Below are positions 45,965 through 58,260 of a stretch of DNA of 64,000 bases, in pieces. The stretch's first letter is position 1, and each line of letters starts with the position of its first letter. The translations under genes were made by a program, and so were the position numbers. Source of the DNA: Calditrichia bacterium (lineage in GTDB: Bacteria; Calditrichota; Calditrichia; JAJRVZ01); contig CAWCNS010000016.1 of NCBI GenBank assembly GCA_963796965.1, forward strand, positions 305,513 through 369,512, in the 5' to 3' direction. The notes below the pieces were generated by a model that was not told the DNA's origin, did not search any database, and saw nothing but the letters and a program-made list of their open reading frames with translations.

Positions 45965-46603
45965 ATGTTTAAACCATATGGATTAGATTTAGAAGTCGTT
46001 GAAGCCAAGTTCAGTTCTTTGAAAAATGATGTGAAACTGTTATTTTTCACGCAGGAAACAAAGTGCCCGCATTGTAATAAAACCCGCAGATTACTGGAAA
46101 GTCTTGCCTCCATTACACAAAAGATAGAGTTTGTTGCTTATAACTTCGCAATAAATAAGGAAAAAGACAGTAAATATCACATTTTTACAGTACCGGCACT
46201 TGCGTTAATCGGCGAAAATGATTATGGCATACGCTACTATGGATATCCACAGGGAATGGAGTTAAATGATTTTCTTGATGACATTATTTATGTCTCTAAA
46301 GGGGAAAGCACACTTAAGCCGGGTGTGGTAATTAAATTGCTTCAACTTAAAAAGCCGATCCAATTAAAAATCTTCATCTCCCCGGGTTGTCTCTATTCCC
46401 TTCCGGTAGCCAAATTGGCCTTAAAACTGGCGATTGCTAGTGAGTTTATTAACGTGGATATTATTCATGCAAACGAATTCCTGGAACTGGCGGAGAACTA
46501 TAATGTGCGCGGCATTCCAATGACTGTGATTAATGAGAAGAAAAATATATACGGCGCATTAGATGAGGAAGAGTATATAAATCATATTCTGGAGCTTATT
46601 TAA
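45965..46603 (+). CDS. Second protein disulfide oxidoreductase
   Basis: CPHC and CLYS sites, GYPQGME, NVRGIP. Confidence 0.85.
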   Translation: MFKPYGLDLEVVEAKFSSLKNDVKLLFFTQETKCPHCNKTRRLLESLASITQKIEFVAYNFAINKEKDSKYHIFTVPALALIGENDYGIRYYGYPQGMELNDFLDDIIYVSKGESTLKPGVVIKLLQLKKPIQLKIFISPGCLYSLPVAKLALKLAIASEFINVDIIHANEFLELAENYNVRGIPMTVINEKKNIYGALDEEEYINHILELI

Positions 46604-46751
46604 TATATAGTAAACATTATGAAAAATTGCCTCATGAATAGTTTTCTAACCTAATTAATACCGAAAAAAATGTATTGTATAATAACCGGCTGTCTTAAGT
46701 ATTCTTTTTTAACAAATATATTTTCTTTCTTGCGACAGTTCCTTCTCAACA

Positions 46752-46870
46752 GTTGCGATATTGCAACAATTAACTAGATTACTCCTTCAATATCTAATTT
46801 CCCCTTTCTTCTAATCCAATAATTATCAATAAATTAGCTGCCCTGTTTTTATTCTGGCCTGTGAATTGCA
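46752..46870 (+). promoter_or_regulatory. Second sigma54 promoter with the same activator site and an IHF site
   Basis: GTTGCGATATTGCAAC at 46752; TATCAATAAATTA 46824-36 (WATCAANNNNTTR); TGGC-N7-TTGCA at 46855-70. Confidence 0.78.
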
Positions 46871-47011
46871 TTATTTCTAAATAAAAGGAAGAATTTCAGC
46901 TGATGAATTATAGAATTCTATCTTTCTTCTTTATTAAACGGTAAATGATAGGTAAAGATCGAAATGATGAGATTAAAACTGATATAAATTGCAACTAAGG
47001 AAATTCAGGTT

Positions 47012-47958
47012 ATGTTAACATTTGGCCCAGTACCATCCAGACGCCTAGGGCGCAGCATGGGAATTAATAACATTCCTCCAAAGATATGTACCTATTCATG
47101 TGTCTATTGTCAGGTGGGCAGCACGATAAAGATGCGCATCAAGCGACAGATTTTTTTTGAACCGGAAGAGATATTACAGGAAGTAAAAAAGAAAATTGAA
47201 AAGGTACATGAAGTTGGGGAAAACATTGATTATTTAACCTTTGTTCCCGATGGTGAACCGACATTGGATATAAATCTCGGTCGGGAAATAGATCTCCTGA
47301 AGCCCTTGGGTATCAAAATGGGGGTGATAACTAATGCTTCCCTCATTTGGCGCGAAGATGTCAGGAATGAATTAAATAAAAGCTCGATTGGGTTTCTTTA
47401 AAAGTTGACTCTATCAAAGAAGACGTTTGGCGCAGGATAAACCGTCCTCACAAATCTTTGCAATTACCTTTGATTCTTGAAGGAATGATTGAATTCGCGC
47501 GGGAATATCAGGGAAAATTGGTAACCGAGACAATGCTAGTCAAAGGATTGAATGACAGTGAAATTGAATGTAAACAGGTTAGCGATTTTTTAAATCAAAT
47601 CAGTCCTTCCACTACTTACATATCAATTCCAACAAGACCACCTGCTGAAAACTGGGTACAACCTCCAAGCGAGGAAGTGCTCAATCAGACCTATCAAATA
47701 TTCAGTAAAATTCATGACCATGTCGAGTTTCTGGTTGGATATGAAGGTAATGAATTTACCTTAACCGGAGATGTGGCGGAAGATCTGTTGAATATTACCG
47801 CTGTTCACCCCATGCGTGAAGAGGCGGTGAAAGAATTTTTTTCAAAAGCAAAGGCAGATTGGTCTATTATTCAAAAATTAATAAATAAGAATCTGCTTAT
47901 GGAATCGGAATACGATAGGAAAAAGTATTACATGCGCAGGCTTCATAGGAGAAATTAA
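47012..47958 (+). CDS. Radical SAM protein (frameshift ~47381)
   Basis: FGPVPSRRLGRS, CTYSCVYC, DGEPTL, ITNASL, PTRPPAE. Confidence 0.88.
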
Positions 47959-47984
47959 TTTGATCTACGGAAGAATATTTTATA

Positions 47985-48785
47985 ATGATGACACTGCATA
48001 CTCAGGTAAGTATAATGAATTTTGATCAAAAGAGAATCAATCCAGGGGGAAATAGCCTGGTCGATGTCAAACTCACTGTCATATATGATATCTATCCTGT
48101 GATGAGCAACCTGCAACCGGGACGCGGTTTTGCCTGTGTGGCAGAAGTTGGAGAAACTACCGTGCTTTTCGATACAGGTAGTGATGGAGCTATTCTCTTA
48201 GCAAATATGAATAGGCTGGGAATAGAACCACGAAGCTATCCAATTGATCCTGATTTCACATAATCGCTGTGGTCATATTGGTGGACTTGATGATTTTCTG
48301 ATAGAGAATCCAAAAGTATCAGTATATGTGCCGCAATCGTTTCCAGATTTAGTAATTGAAAACATTGAAAAAACAGGAGCAAAAGTCAACCGAGTTGCTG
48401 CTGCTAAGGAACTTCGAGCAAATGTTTTCACTCTAGGTGAATTTGCTGGCATTTTTAAAGAGCAGGCTATGGCCTTGCGGACATCAAAAGGTATCGTGGT
48501 GGTAACCGGCTGTGCACATTCTGGAGTATCAAGATTTTGCATAAAGCAAAGACTTTTTTCCCAGATGAACCTCTTTATCTGTTTTTAGGTGGATTTCATT
48601 TTTCTGGTTTGAGTGACTCAGAGATATCAAATATTGTAAAAAACTTCCAAAAGCTTAAGGTCCAAAATGTTGCCCCCTGTCATTGTACTGATGAAGCAGG
48701 CCGGCTACTTTTTCAGAAGGCTTATGGTGAAAACTATATTGAAATGGGCGTGGGGGGTGAGATAAAAATTCCATTTACTAATTGA
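47985..48785 (+). CDS. MBL-fold metallohydrolase with degenerate motif (two frameshifts)
   Basis: GFAC, LFDTG, SHNRCGHIGG, TGCAH, GGFH, PCHCT. Confidence 0.8.
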
Positions 48786-49012
48786 AGGGCAATATAAAAT
48801 GCGTCAAGAAACTTTTAATACAGGTAGGAGGTTCCGGAACAGACTATGGTAGGCAGGGAAAGGGACAGGCCGGATATGGAGGTACAAAACCAGGGATTGG
48901 TCCGGAAGGATATTGTGTCTGTTCATCATGTGGAGAAAAAATCCCTCATGAGAGAGGCGTTCCTTGCCAATCAATTAAATGTCATAAATGTAATACTCCC
49001 ATAATGAGATAA
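48782..49012 (+). CDS. Small Gly-rich Cys-cluster (zinc-ribbon-like) protein, start uncertain
   Basis: GPEGYCVCSSCGEKIPHERGVPCQSIKCHKC. Confidence 0.7.
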   Translation: MKGNIKCVKKLLIQVGGSGTDYGRQGKGQAGYGGTKPGIGPEGYCVCSSCGEKIPHERGVPCQSIKCHKCNTPIMR

Positions 49013-49033
49013 AAATAACATATTGTAAAAAAA

Positions 49034-49375
49034 ATGAAAGGAGTGCAAGTTTTGGAAGAAAAAATTCTTGATTATGAAAATATGGAGTGGCAAGAGGCCA
49101 TGGGATATCCCCCAGGGACGAAAATACAGGTCTTTAGGGAAGAGGAAGGAGCAAAGACATTTTTACTCAAATTATCTCAGGGATTCAGAATAGAAGCGCA
49201 TTGCCATTCCTCAACGACACAGTATTTTGTGCTCATGGGGCAATATGAAATTGATGGGAAAGATTATGGTCCCGGATCTTATAATCTTATACCGGAAGGT
49301 GATATCATTGATTCATTTGCATCAAGGAACGGTGCTATTCTTTTAGTCATATGGGATCCTTCAATAAAAAAATGA
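49034..49375 (+). CDS. ChrR-like cupin
   Basis: GYPPG, EAHCH, YGPGSY..IPEG, GAILLVIW. Confidence 0.7.
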   Translation: MKGVQVLEEKILDYENMEWQEAMGYPPGTKIQVFREEEGAKTFLLKLSQGFRIEAHCHSSTTQYFVLMGQYEIDGKDYGPGSYNLIPEGDIIDSFASRNGAILLVIWDPSIKK

Positions 49376-49444
49376 AAAGTTTGTAACGAGTATGTTTAGA
49401 AACATTGATTTATTATATATTCTTAAATAAAAACAAATTCATAG

Positions 49445-49894
<450 letters not shown>

Positions 49895-49978
49895 AGAGCC
49901 CGAAGAAGTTCAAGCAAAATTTAAAAAACACGGTTAAAAATATCGATCTTGATAAATCCTTTTATAGGAGGAGATCTT

Positions 49979-51260
49979 ATGAAAGTACTCATATTTGGTG
50001 GAACCGGTAAGATAGGTTCTGCTGTTGCCTGGGATTTAGTAAGAGAGTCTACGGTTGAGGAAGTAGGGTTAATAGGTAGACGAAAGGGAGCACTGACCAA
50101 ACTAAAAACTGGATCAATAGTAATAAGATAATCATACATCCTCTCGACATTGCCCATACGGAAATAATTAAAAGAATAATGAAAAAATATGATGTAGGTG
50201 TAATCGCATTACCGGATAGAAGGACAAGTTATAAGGTTGTTGCAACCGCTATTGAAGCAGGCTTAAACAGTGTCGACATGTTGGAAGAATATCATCGCAA
50301 ACCGGATCAATATGAAATGGAGGGGTTAGAAATTCCAAATGGGTTATCGCTCAATGGGTATGGAGAATGGCTTCACAAGAGAGCAATTGGGAAAGGGGTA
50401 ACGATCTTAGATGGAATTGGTTTTGCTCCAGGTTTAAGTAATGTTACTCTTGGTGAAGGTATTAGCAAAATGGATAGTGTAGAATCTGCTATTGCCCGGG
50501 TGGGAGGAATCCCCTCCAAGGAAGCAGCTGAATAACCATCCATTGAAATATATGGTTACCTGGGCATTTCCACATGTTTTACGTGAATATATGGTAAAAG
50601 TAAAGTAATTAAGAAGGGCAAAATTACAAATGTAAAGGCTACTACAGATCGTGAACGATTTAAATTTGAAAAATTCGGTAGAAATGAAGAGTCTAGAATG
50701 TGCTGTTACACCGGGGATGCCCAGTTTTATTTATACAAGACCTAACCTTGGGCAATTTTGCTGAAAAAACAATTCGCTGGCCTGGACATTGGCAGGGAAT
50801 AGATGTATTAAAAGAATGTGGTCTGTTGGATTTAGATCCGGTTCAATATCATGGTCGAAAGATAGTTCCACGTGAATTCTTTTTAACGTTAATAGAACCC
50901 AAACTGAAGCCATTGGAGAAGGATGCAGATATTTGTGTGATGTGGAATCAGTGATTGGAATGAAAAATGGGGAAAGAAAAAGGATAGATTATTATTATGT
51001 GGGAAGAAAGCGATAGTAAAAATGAAATTTCCGCCATGGCAAGAGTTACAGGATTTCCCGCAGCAATAAGCGCAATACTTATAGGAAAAGGTGAAATTAC
51101 CAAGAAAGGTATTGTAGCACCTGAGGATGGTATTGAAGGACACCTGTATCAAAAATTCATGGATGAATTAATAAAAAGAGATATTACCGTCATCGAAGAA
51201 CAAAAGGTTACAGGTCAAGTTGACAAGAGACTTGATGAGTATTTGTATAATCTTGAATAA
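49979..51260 (+). CDS. Saccharopine-dehydrogenase-family oxidoreductase (multiple frameshifts)
   Basis: GGTGKIG, GFAPGLSN, VGGIP, EKTIRWPGH, SAMARVTGFP. Confidence 0.82.
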
Positions 51261-51395
51261 TCGTCGATATAGATGATAGTAATTTGGGCAAAAAAAGGAA
51301 AACAGATTATGAAAGCGTCCATGATTGATACCAAAATTCCTAAACGAGAACAAATACCGTACACGAGTGCATATTAACAGCAGGATTACTAAAAA

Positions 51396-51727
51396 GTGAA
51401 GAGAGAAAAGCCGAAGTACGAGTAGAAATTGAATCTGATTTATGTAAAGAGTGTGGTTTGTGTGTGGAGGCATGCCCTGTGAATGTATTGAGGATATCTG
51501 AAAACCTGAATGTAATGGGTTATCATCCGGTAGAATACATTGGTACTGGATGCACTGGTTGTGGTATTTGCTTTTATGTTTGCCCGGAACCTGGTACTAT
51601 TTGTGTCTACATCCCGGCAACAGAAATCGCAGATGATTTGGGCAATACGAAAGCTGCTAAAATGGTTATGGCAGGTGCATATATAGGATACACTGGTTTA
51701 TTGTCTTTGGAAGGCGTTCTAACCTGA
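51396..51727 (+). pseudogene. Fusion of 2-oxoacid oxidoreductase delta (ferredoxin) with the C-terminal part of a gamma subunit
   Basis: [35 protein letters not shown] then [24 protein letters not shown]. Confidence 0.7.
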
Positions 51728-51784
51728 AGCCAATAGTGTGATTAAGAGAAATCAACGAGAAGGCAATCATTAAAGGGGAGGATA

Positions 51785-52459
51785 ATGTCAGAAATAAATA
51801 GTTTAAATACAATTGAAGCGTCAGTAGTTAAATTCCTTAATTCAATCCCTTCCACTGTTATGTTAGTTGCCGCCGCAAAGACGAGAACCCCTGAAGAAGT
51901 GAAAGCAGCTATTCAAACCGGTATAAAAATTATCGGCTACAACTATCTTCAGGAAGCTGAACGAATGTATCAGAGAATAGGAAACGCAGTACAGTGGCAT
52001 ATGATCGGGCATCTACAGAAAAATAAAGTAAAAAAAGCGGTCAGGATTTTCGATATGATTGAAACGATTGATTCGGTTCAACTTGCAGAACGGGTTGATA
52101 ATCGTTGTACTTTAGAAAACAAGATAATGCCTGTGCTTGTTGAAGTTAATAGCGGGGAAGAGTCGAATAAAACCGGGGTTCTGCCGGATGATGTTGATGA
52201 ATTGATTTCAGGCATAAGCGACTTGCCTCATTTACGAATTCAGGGTTTAATGACCATGGGGCCCCGCTTTGGCAACCCAGAGGACGCCAGACCCTATTTC
52301 AAGGCCACAAAGAATGCATTCGATCGTTTGAGTCGTGCGGGGATACCCCAATGTGGAAATGCGCTATCTTTCCATGGGGATGAGCAATAGTATCAAATCG
52401 CCATTGAAGAGGGTGCTAATATTATCCGTATAGGTACTAATTTATTCGGTGAGAGATAA
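51785..52459 (+). CDS. yggS: PLP homeostasis protein (3' frameshifts)
   Basis: VAAAKT, WHMIGHLQKNK, GLMTM, restored LSMGMS..AIEEGA..RIGT.LFG. Confidence 0.9.
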
Positions 52460-52504
52460 TCGTTATAAATATCTGATGCTTTTGTAATCCTAAAGAAATA
52501 GGAA

Positions 52505-53393
52505 ATGAGGGAAAAGATAGAAAAATTAAAAAAGGAAAAAAATGCAGTTATCCTTGCTCATGTTTATCAACAAGGAGAAGTGCAGGATATAGCAGATTAT
52601 GTTGGTGACTCATTAGATTTGAGCAAGAGAGCGGTCAGCACAAAGGCCGAAGTCATTGTCTTTTGTGGCGTTCAATTTATGGCTGAAACAGCCGCCATTC
52701 TTAATCCCGAGAAAAAAGTGTTATTACCTGATAAAAACGCAGGATGCGGCTTAGCAGATATGGCAACTGTTGAACAGTTAAAAATATTAAAAAAACAATA
52801 TCCGCGTGCGACTGTAGTTAGTTACGTAAACAGCTTCTGCAGCGGTGAAAGCAGAATCAGATATTTGCTGTACTTCAGCCAATGCGATTAATGTGGTAAA
52901 TTCTTTGCCCGCTAATCAAATTCTGTTTGTTCCGGATAGAAATTTGGGTTCGTATGTGGCTGAACATACTAATAAAGATGTTATTCTGTGGGATGGCTAT
53001 TGTTATGTCCATGAAAACATTACCACCGATCAATTATATTTAATAAAAGAAAAACATCCCGCTGCTGAAATTATTGTCCATCCGGAATGCAATGTTCCTG
53101 TGAGACACCTGGCTAATTTCATAGGTAGTACTTCACGGATGTCACGTTATGTAGCACAATCCCGACAAAAGGAGTTTCTCGTTGGTACAGAAAGTAATTT
53201 TGCATATAGATTGAAGAAAGATAATCCGGAGAAAATGTTTTATCCGGTTAATACACTTTGTGAAGGTATGAATGAAATCACATTAGAAAAAATAAAATTG
53301 GCCTTAGAGCAGATGGAATATATAATTCATATCCCAAAAGAAATCAGAATAAAAGCGAAAATTGCATTAGATAAAATGTTGGCGATCCAATGA
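52505..53393 (+). CDS. nadA: Quinolinate synthase (frameshift ~52835)
   Basis: [39 protein letters not shown]. Confidence 0.93.
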
Positions 53394-54430
53394 AGGAAGC
53401 CCTGTTATATCAAAAACTTGATGCAAACAAAGTACAATGTAACCTTTGCGCTCACCGCTGTGTGATTAATCCCGGTAAGAAAGGGGTATGCAAGGTGAAG
53501 GAAAATATTAATGGGATACTCTATACAAAAGTCTATGGAAAAACGATTGCTCAAAATATTGATCCCATTGAAAAAAAGCCTTTGTATCATTTTTATCCCG
53601 GTTCAAAAGCCTATTCTATTGCCACGGAAGGTTGTAACTTCCATTGTCGTTTCTGTCAAAATTGGGATATTTCACAAATCACTAATGATGAAATAGTGAA
53701 ATCAGGCAAGAAGGCAGCGCCAGAGCAAATTGTATTGAATGCAAAACAGTACGGTTGTAAAAATATTGCTTATACCTATACAGAACCGACTATATTTTTT
53801 GAATACAGCTACGATACAGCATGTGTAGCTCATGAAACTGGACTCAATAATATTTATGTAACAAACGGCTATATGACAACTGAAATGCTGGAAATGATTA
53901 GCCCTTATCTGGATGCCGTCAATGTCGATTTAAAAGCATTTCGCGATGAAACGTATCGAAGGATTATCGGTGCACGCTTACAACCTGTTCTAGATAATTT
54001 AAAAAAAATAAAACGACTGGGTATTTGGCTTGAGGTTACCAGTCTGATTATCCCCGGTGTGAATGATGATCCTCAGGAGATTCGGGAAATGGCAAATTTT
54101 GTTGCCAGCGAATTAGGACGTGATGTTCCCTGGCATATTAGTCGCTTCTTGCCGGCTTATAGAATGAAAGAAATACCAGCTACACCATTACAAACTTTTC
54201 AAATGGCGAAGGATATTGGTTTTGAAGCGGAGCTTAAATATGTCTACCTGGGTAATGTGGGCAGTGATGGGGATATAGATACAAAATGTCCCAAATGTGG
54301 CTATGTGCTGATTGAGCGCTCTTATTTTGGAATGATGAAAAACAACATTCGGGAGAATCATTGTCCCAATTGTGGAAAGAATATTGCCGGTGTCGGTTTA
54401 TTACCCAAATCTTTTGAAGCAAAAAACTGA
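53390..54430 (+). CDS. amrS: AmmeMemoRadiSam radical SAM enzyme
   Basis: CNLCAHRC, DPIEKKPLYHF, GCNFHCRFCQNWDISQ, YTYTEP, PWHISRF. Confidence 0.9.
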   Translation: MKEALLYQKLDANKVQCNLCAHRCVINPGKKGVCKVKENINGILYTKVYGKTIAQNIDPIEKKPLYHFYPGSKAYSIATEGCNFHCRFCQNWDISQITNDEIVKSGKKAAPEQIVLNAKQYGCKNIAYTYTEPTIFFEYSYDTACVAHETGLNNIYVTNGYMTTEMLEMISPYLDAVNVDLKAFRDETYRRIIGARLQPVLDNLKKIKRLGIWLEVTSLIIPGVNDDPQEIREMANFVASELGRDVPWHISRFLPAYRMKEIPATPLQTFQMAKDIGFEAELKYVYLGNVGSDGDIDTKCPKCGYVLIERSYFGMMKNNIRENHCPNCGKNIAGVGLLPKSFEAKN

Positions 54431-54513
54431 GTCAGAAAGACAAGATAAGAATTTGAATCCCATAATTTCTAAAATTTAGGAGCATTGTTTAGAAGAAAAA
54501 ATAGGATGCGTAA

Positions 54514-55151
54514 ATGAAAATTACAATCCTTTATGATAATACCGCATTTCAAGCAGGCCTTAAATCTGATTGGGGATTTTCTTGTCTGGTAGAGCTCATA
54601 ACCGAACGATTCTTTTTGATACCGGTTCAAACGGTTCTATACTACTTGAAAATATGAAAAAACTTGATATAGATCCATCTTCAATTGATGAAGTGTTCAT
54701 TTCTCATGCTCACTTTGACCATACAGGTGGTCTTTCAGCCTTTCTTAATGAGAATAATAATGTAAAAATTTATGCTCCGGTTTCGCTTAGGGGTATTCGT
54801 AATGCAAAAGAGATCATCCATGTTGATAAACCTTTCGAGCTTCATGAAAATATTTTTTCTACTGGTGAATTGGAACATATAGAACAATCAATGGCAGTTA
54901 AAACAGACAAAGGACTTGTTTTAGTCGTCGGATGTTCACATCCTAAAATGGAACATATTCTTCAAGCAGCCTCACAATTCGGGAAGGTTTATGCAATAAT
55001 TGGTGGTTTGCATGGATTCAATGAATATGAATTGTTTAAAGACTTTGGATTGATCTGCCCGACGCATTGCACCCAAAACATAGCAATGATTAAATCTTTG
55101 TATCCGGAGAAATATATTGAAGGTGGTGTTGGAAAAATCATAGAAATCTAA
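54514..55151 (+). CDS. MBL-fold metallohydrolase (frameshift ~54592)
   Basis: ITILYDN..WGFSCL, LFDTG, SHAHFDHTGG, GCSH, GGLH, PTHCT. Confidence 0.87.
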
Positions 55152-55203
55152 AAGGTTAACAGTTTTTACCATTATAGTTCAGAAAGGAATTGAAGGAATA
55201 TTG

Positions 55204-55488
55204 ATGGATAACAAATATGAACTTAGAATTTATCCGGATGCCGTTTTACGGCATAGAGCTCATAAAGTTAAGACCATGAATGGTGAGATTTATGAGATCA
55301 TCAAAGCCATGAAAGGCATGATGTACGAGCACCAGGTATTGGCCTGGCGGCACCTCAAGTAGGAAGACTTGAACGGACTTTTGGCACGAGTTGTTCAGCA
55401 CGAAATCGACCATTTAAATGGCGTTTTGATTATTGATTACCATAAAAAACGATCATCATTAAATGAGGTAAATACAAATGAAAGTTAG
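55204..55488 (+). pseudogene. def: Peptide deformylase remnant with internal deletion
   Basis: YPDAVLR, GIGLAAPQVG and QHEIDHLNG present; central EGCLS region absent. Confidence 0.82.
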
Positions 55489-57052
55489 TCGTGTGAATGA
55501 AATGAGAAATCTGGATCGTCGGGCGATTAAAGAGTATGGCATTAGCCAGGAGATCCTCATGGAAAATGCTGGTCAGGCCGCTTACTTTACCATTTTGAGA
55601 GAATATGGTGTTAAAAATAAAAATTTTGTGATTTTTTGTGGCATTGGCAATAATGGCGGCGATGGTTTAGTACTAGCGAGGAAAATTTATTCTAATGGGG
55701 GCAAGGTAAGTGTTTTTATTTTAGGTGATCGCTCTAAATTTAAAGGTGCTGCAAAACAAAATCTTGATATTGTCAATAAATTTAAATTTGAAGTGATCGA
55801 TTTGGAAGATGTTTCTTCTGCGTTTGATGCAGTTCAAAACAGTGATGTCATTATCGATGCAATATTTGGTACAGGGCTTGATCGAGAAGTTGGCGGGAAA
55901 TATAAAGATATAATTAATTTGATTAATGCAAGCCCAAAGACAGTATTCAGCATAGATATTCCGTCAGGTATTCATGGAGATAACGGACAGATTATGGGTA
56001 CAACGGTGAAGGCAAATTATACAACCACCTTTGGTTTACCAAAAACAGGAAACCTGCTTTATCCTGGATTTGAGATGGGAGGTAAATTGTATGTTACACA
56101 TATTTCATTTCCTCCTATCCTCATTGACTCTGATCAACTAATAATCGCCACAAATGAATTTAAATCAATCCCTTCAAGAAGTAAGGATACTCATAAAGGT
56201 GATTATGGTAAAGTGCTGTTTATTGCCGGATCATCCAATTATCTCGGTGCACCCTACTTTGCCGCGCAATCATTTCTAAAAGTTGGCGGTGGTCTTTCAT
56301 TTTTAGCAACACCCAGAAACGTTGCAGATTTCATTGGAAATAAAGGGAGCGAAATTATTTTTATACCGCTGGAAAACACAATATCAGGAAGTATTAGTTT
56401 GGATAACAAGAGGCAGCTCTTGCAATTCTCTGAAAAGGCAGATATGGTTGTCATTGGACCTGGATTATCTTTAAATGAAGAAACACAATCCTTAGTAAGA
56501 GAATTATGTGCTGAAATTAAAAAGCCATTGCTAATTGATGGAGATGGAATAACTGCTGTTGCCAATGATTTGGAAAAAATTAAAAAACGGAAAGCCCCCA
56601 CAATTTTAACACCTCATTTGGGGGAGATGGCGCGAATGGTGAAACAAAGAACTGACGATATTTTAAAAGATAAAATCGATATTCTACAAAGCACAGCTCA
56701 AGAACTCAATGCCACGGTTGTCTTGAAAGGGGCTCATTCATTGATTGGCTATCCTGATAAAAAAGTGTTTATAAACCTTAGTGGCAATCCTGGTATGGCT
56801 ACTGCCGGAAGTGGCGATGTTTTAACCGGGACAATCGCCGCAATGTTCGGACTGGGATTTTCGATTAACGATGCCGTGCGTATGGGCGTTTTTATACATG
56901 GTTTTGCTGGCGATCTTGCGGCAAAGAATAAAGGGGAAGATGGTATCATAGCTGGCGATATCATGGATCAGCTACCTGCGTCAATAAAATTGTATCGTGA
57001 AGAGTATAATTCGACAGTAGAGGATTTCTACCACAGCATTTATGTTATATAG
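55478..57052 (+). CDS. nnr: Bifunctional NAD(P)HX epimerase/dehydratase
   Basis: LMENAG, GNNGGDG, DAIFGTG, DIPSG, HKGDYG, LTPHLGE, ATAGSGDVL. Confidence 0.95.
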   Translation: MKVSRVNEMRNLDRRAIKEYGISQEILMENAGQAAYFTILREYGVKNKNFVIFCGIGNNGGDGLVLARKIYSNGGKVSVFILGDRSKFKGAAKQNLDIVNKFKFEVIDLEDVSSAFDAVQNSDVIIDAIFGTGLDREVGGKYKDIINLINASPKTVFSIDIPSGIHGDNGQIMGTTVKANYTTTFGLPKTGNLLYPGFEMGGKLYVTHISFPPILIDSDQLIIATNEFKSIPSRSKDTHKGDYGKVLFIAGSSNYLGAPYFAAQSFLKVGGGLSFLATPRNVADFIGNKGSEIIFIPLENTISGSISLDNKRQLLQFSEKADMVVIGPGLSLNEETQSLVRELCAEIKKPLLIDGDGITAVANDLEKIKKRKAPTILTPHLGEMARMVKQRTDDILKDKIDILQSTAQELNATVVLKGAHSLIGYPDKKVFINLSGNPGMATAGSGDVLTGTIAAMFGLGFSINDAVRMGVFIHGFAGDLAAKNKGEDGIIAGDIMDQLPASIKLYREEYNSTVEDFYHSIYVI

Positions 57053-57060
57053 AGGTAAAA

Positions 57061-58075
57061 ATGAAAGCGTGGATTCTTGAAAAACAAGCACCAATTGAAG
57101 ATAGACCGCTTAAACTGAAAGAGGTTCCCACACCGAAACCAGGAGCAAAAGAGATAAGAATAAAAAATATTGCCTGCGGCGTTTGTCGAACTGATATTCA
57201 TATAGTTGAAGGGGACCTACCGTTAAAGAAATCACCGTTGATTTTAGGACATGAAGTTGTGGGTATCGTTGATAAAATTGGGGAACAGGTTACTAATTTC
57301 AATATTGGTGATAGGGTCGGAATTGCATGGCTTAATAATATCTGTGGACAATGCAAGTTTTGTCTGTCAGGAAGAGAAAATTTATGTTCTCATGCACATT
57401 TTACCGGGTGGGATGCAGATGGTGGTTTTGCTGAATTCAGTGTTATTGCGGCTGATTTTGTTTTTCATATTAGCGAAAAATTTTCGTTTTTAGAAATGGC
57501 ACCGTTAATGTGTCCTGGCATTGCCGGTTATCGTGCATTCCGCCTTACAGATTTGCAGTCAGGAGATAAGTTGGGACTTTATGGTTTCCGGGCCTACTGC
57601 CTCTTATGTACTGCAAGTTGCTAAGCATAAGAATATTGAAGTTTATGTGATTACACGAAGTGAAAAAAACAAGAAAGAAGCGCATAGACTAGGTGCTACC
57701 TGGATCGGTGGATATGACAAAAAAATTCCTACGAGATTAGATGGCGGTATCATCTTTCCCCCGGCTGGTAATTTGGTTTCTTACGCTTTATCACAGTTAG
57801 ACAGTAACGGTAGGCTTGTTTTGGGTCCGGTAACAATGTCGCCCATTGAAATTAAAAATTACAATCTTATTTGGCAGGAACGCTCTATTATCAGTTTGGC
57901 GCATATCTCCAGAGAAGATGGTTTCGATTTTCTGCAATTGGCAAATGATATAAACATACAATCGTCGATTGAGATTTTTCCAGTTGATGATCTGCCCGAA
58001 GTATTAATTCTGGTTAAGGATGGAAAGGTGAACGGCAATGCAGTGATACAAATTACCAAGGAAGAACTTCTCTAA
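57061..58075 (+). CDS. Zinc-dependent alcohol dehydrogenase (frameshift ~57588)
   Basis: GVCRTD, GHE, CGQCKFC..RENLC, APLMCPG, GLYGFG. Confidence 0.9.
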
Positions 58076-58260
58076 TGTTTCACACAACTAAACTTTAGAT
58101 TTGTTAAAGGAGATCAATGAAAATAGAAATAACTATTTAAAGGCTGGAAGATTTAAAGAATTAGTTTAATTGCTTCAAGCAAAAATATTAATATTTTGTG
58201 ATTATTATATATAATACTCTGCCGTAAGTGACAAGGTTATTTGATAATAAAGGAGAATTT

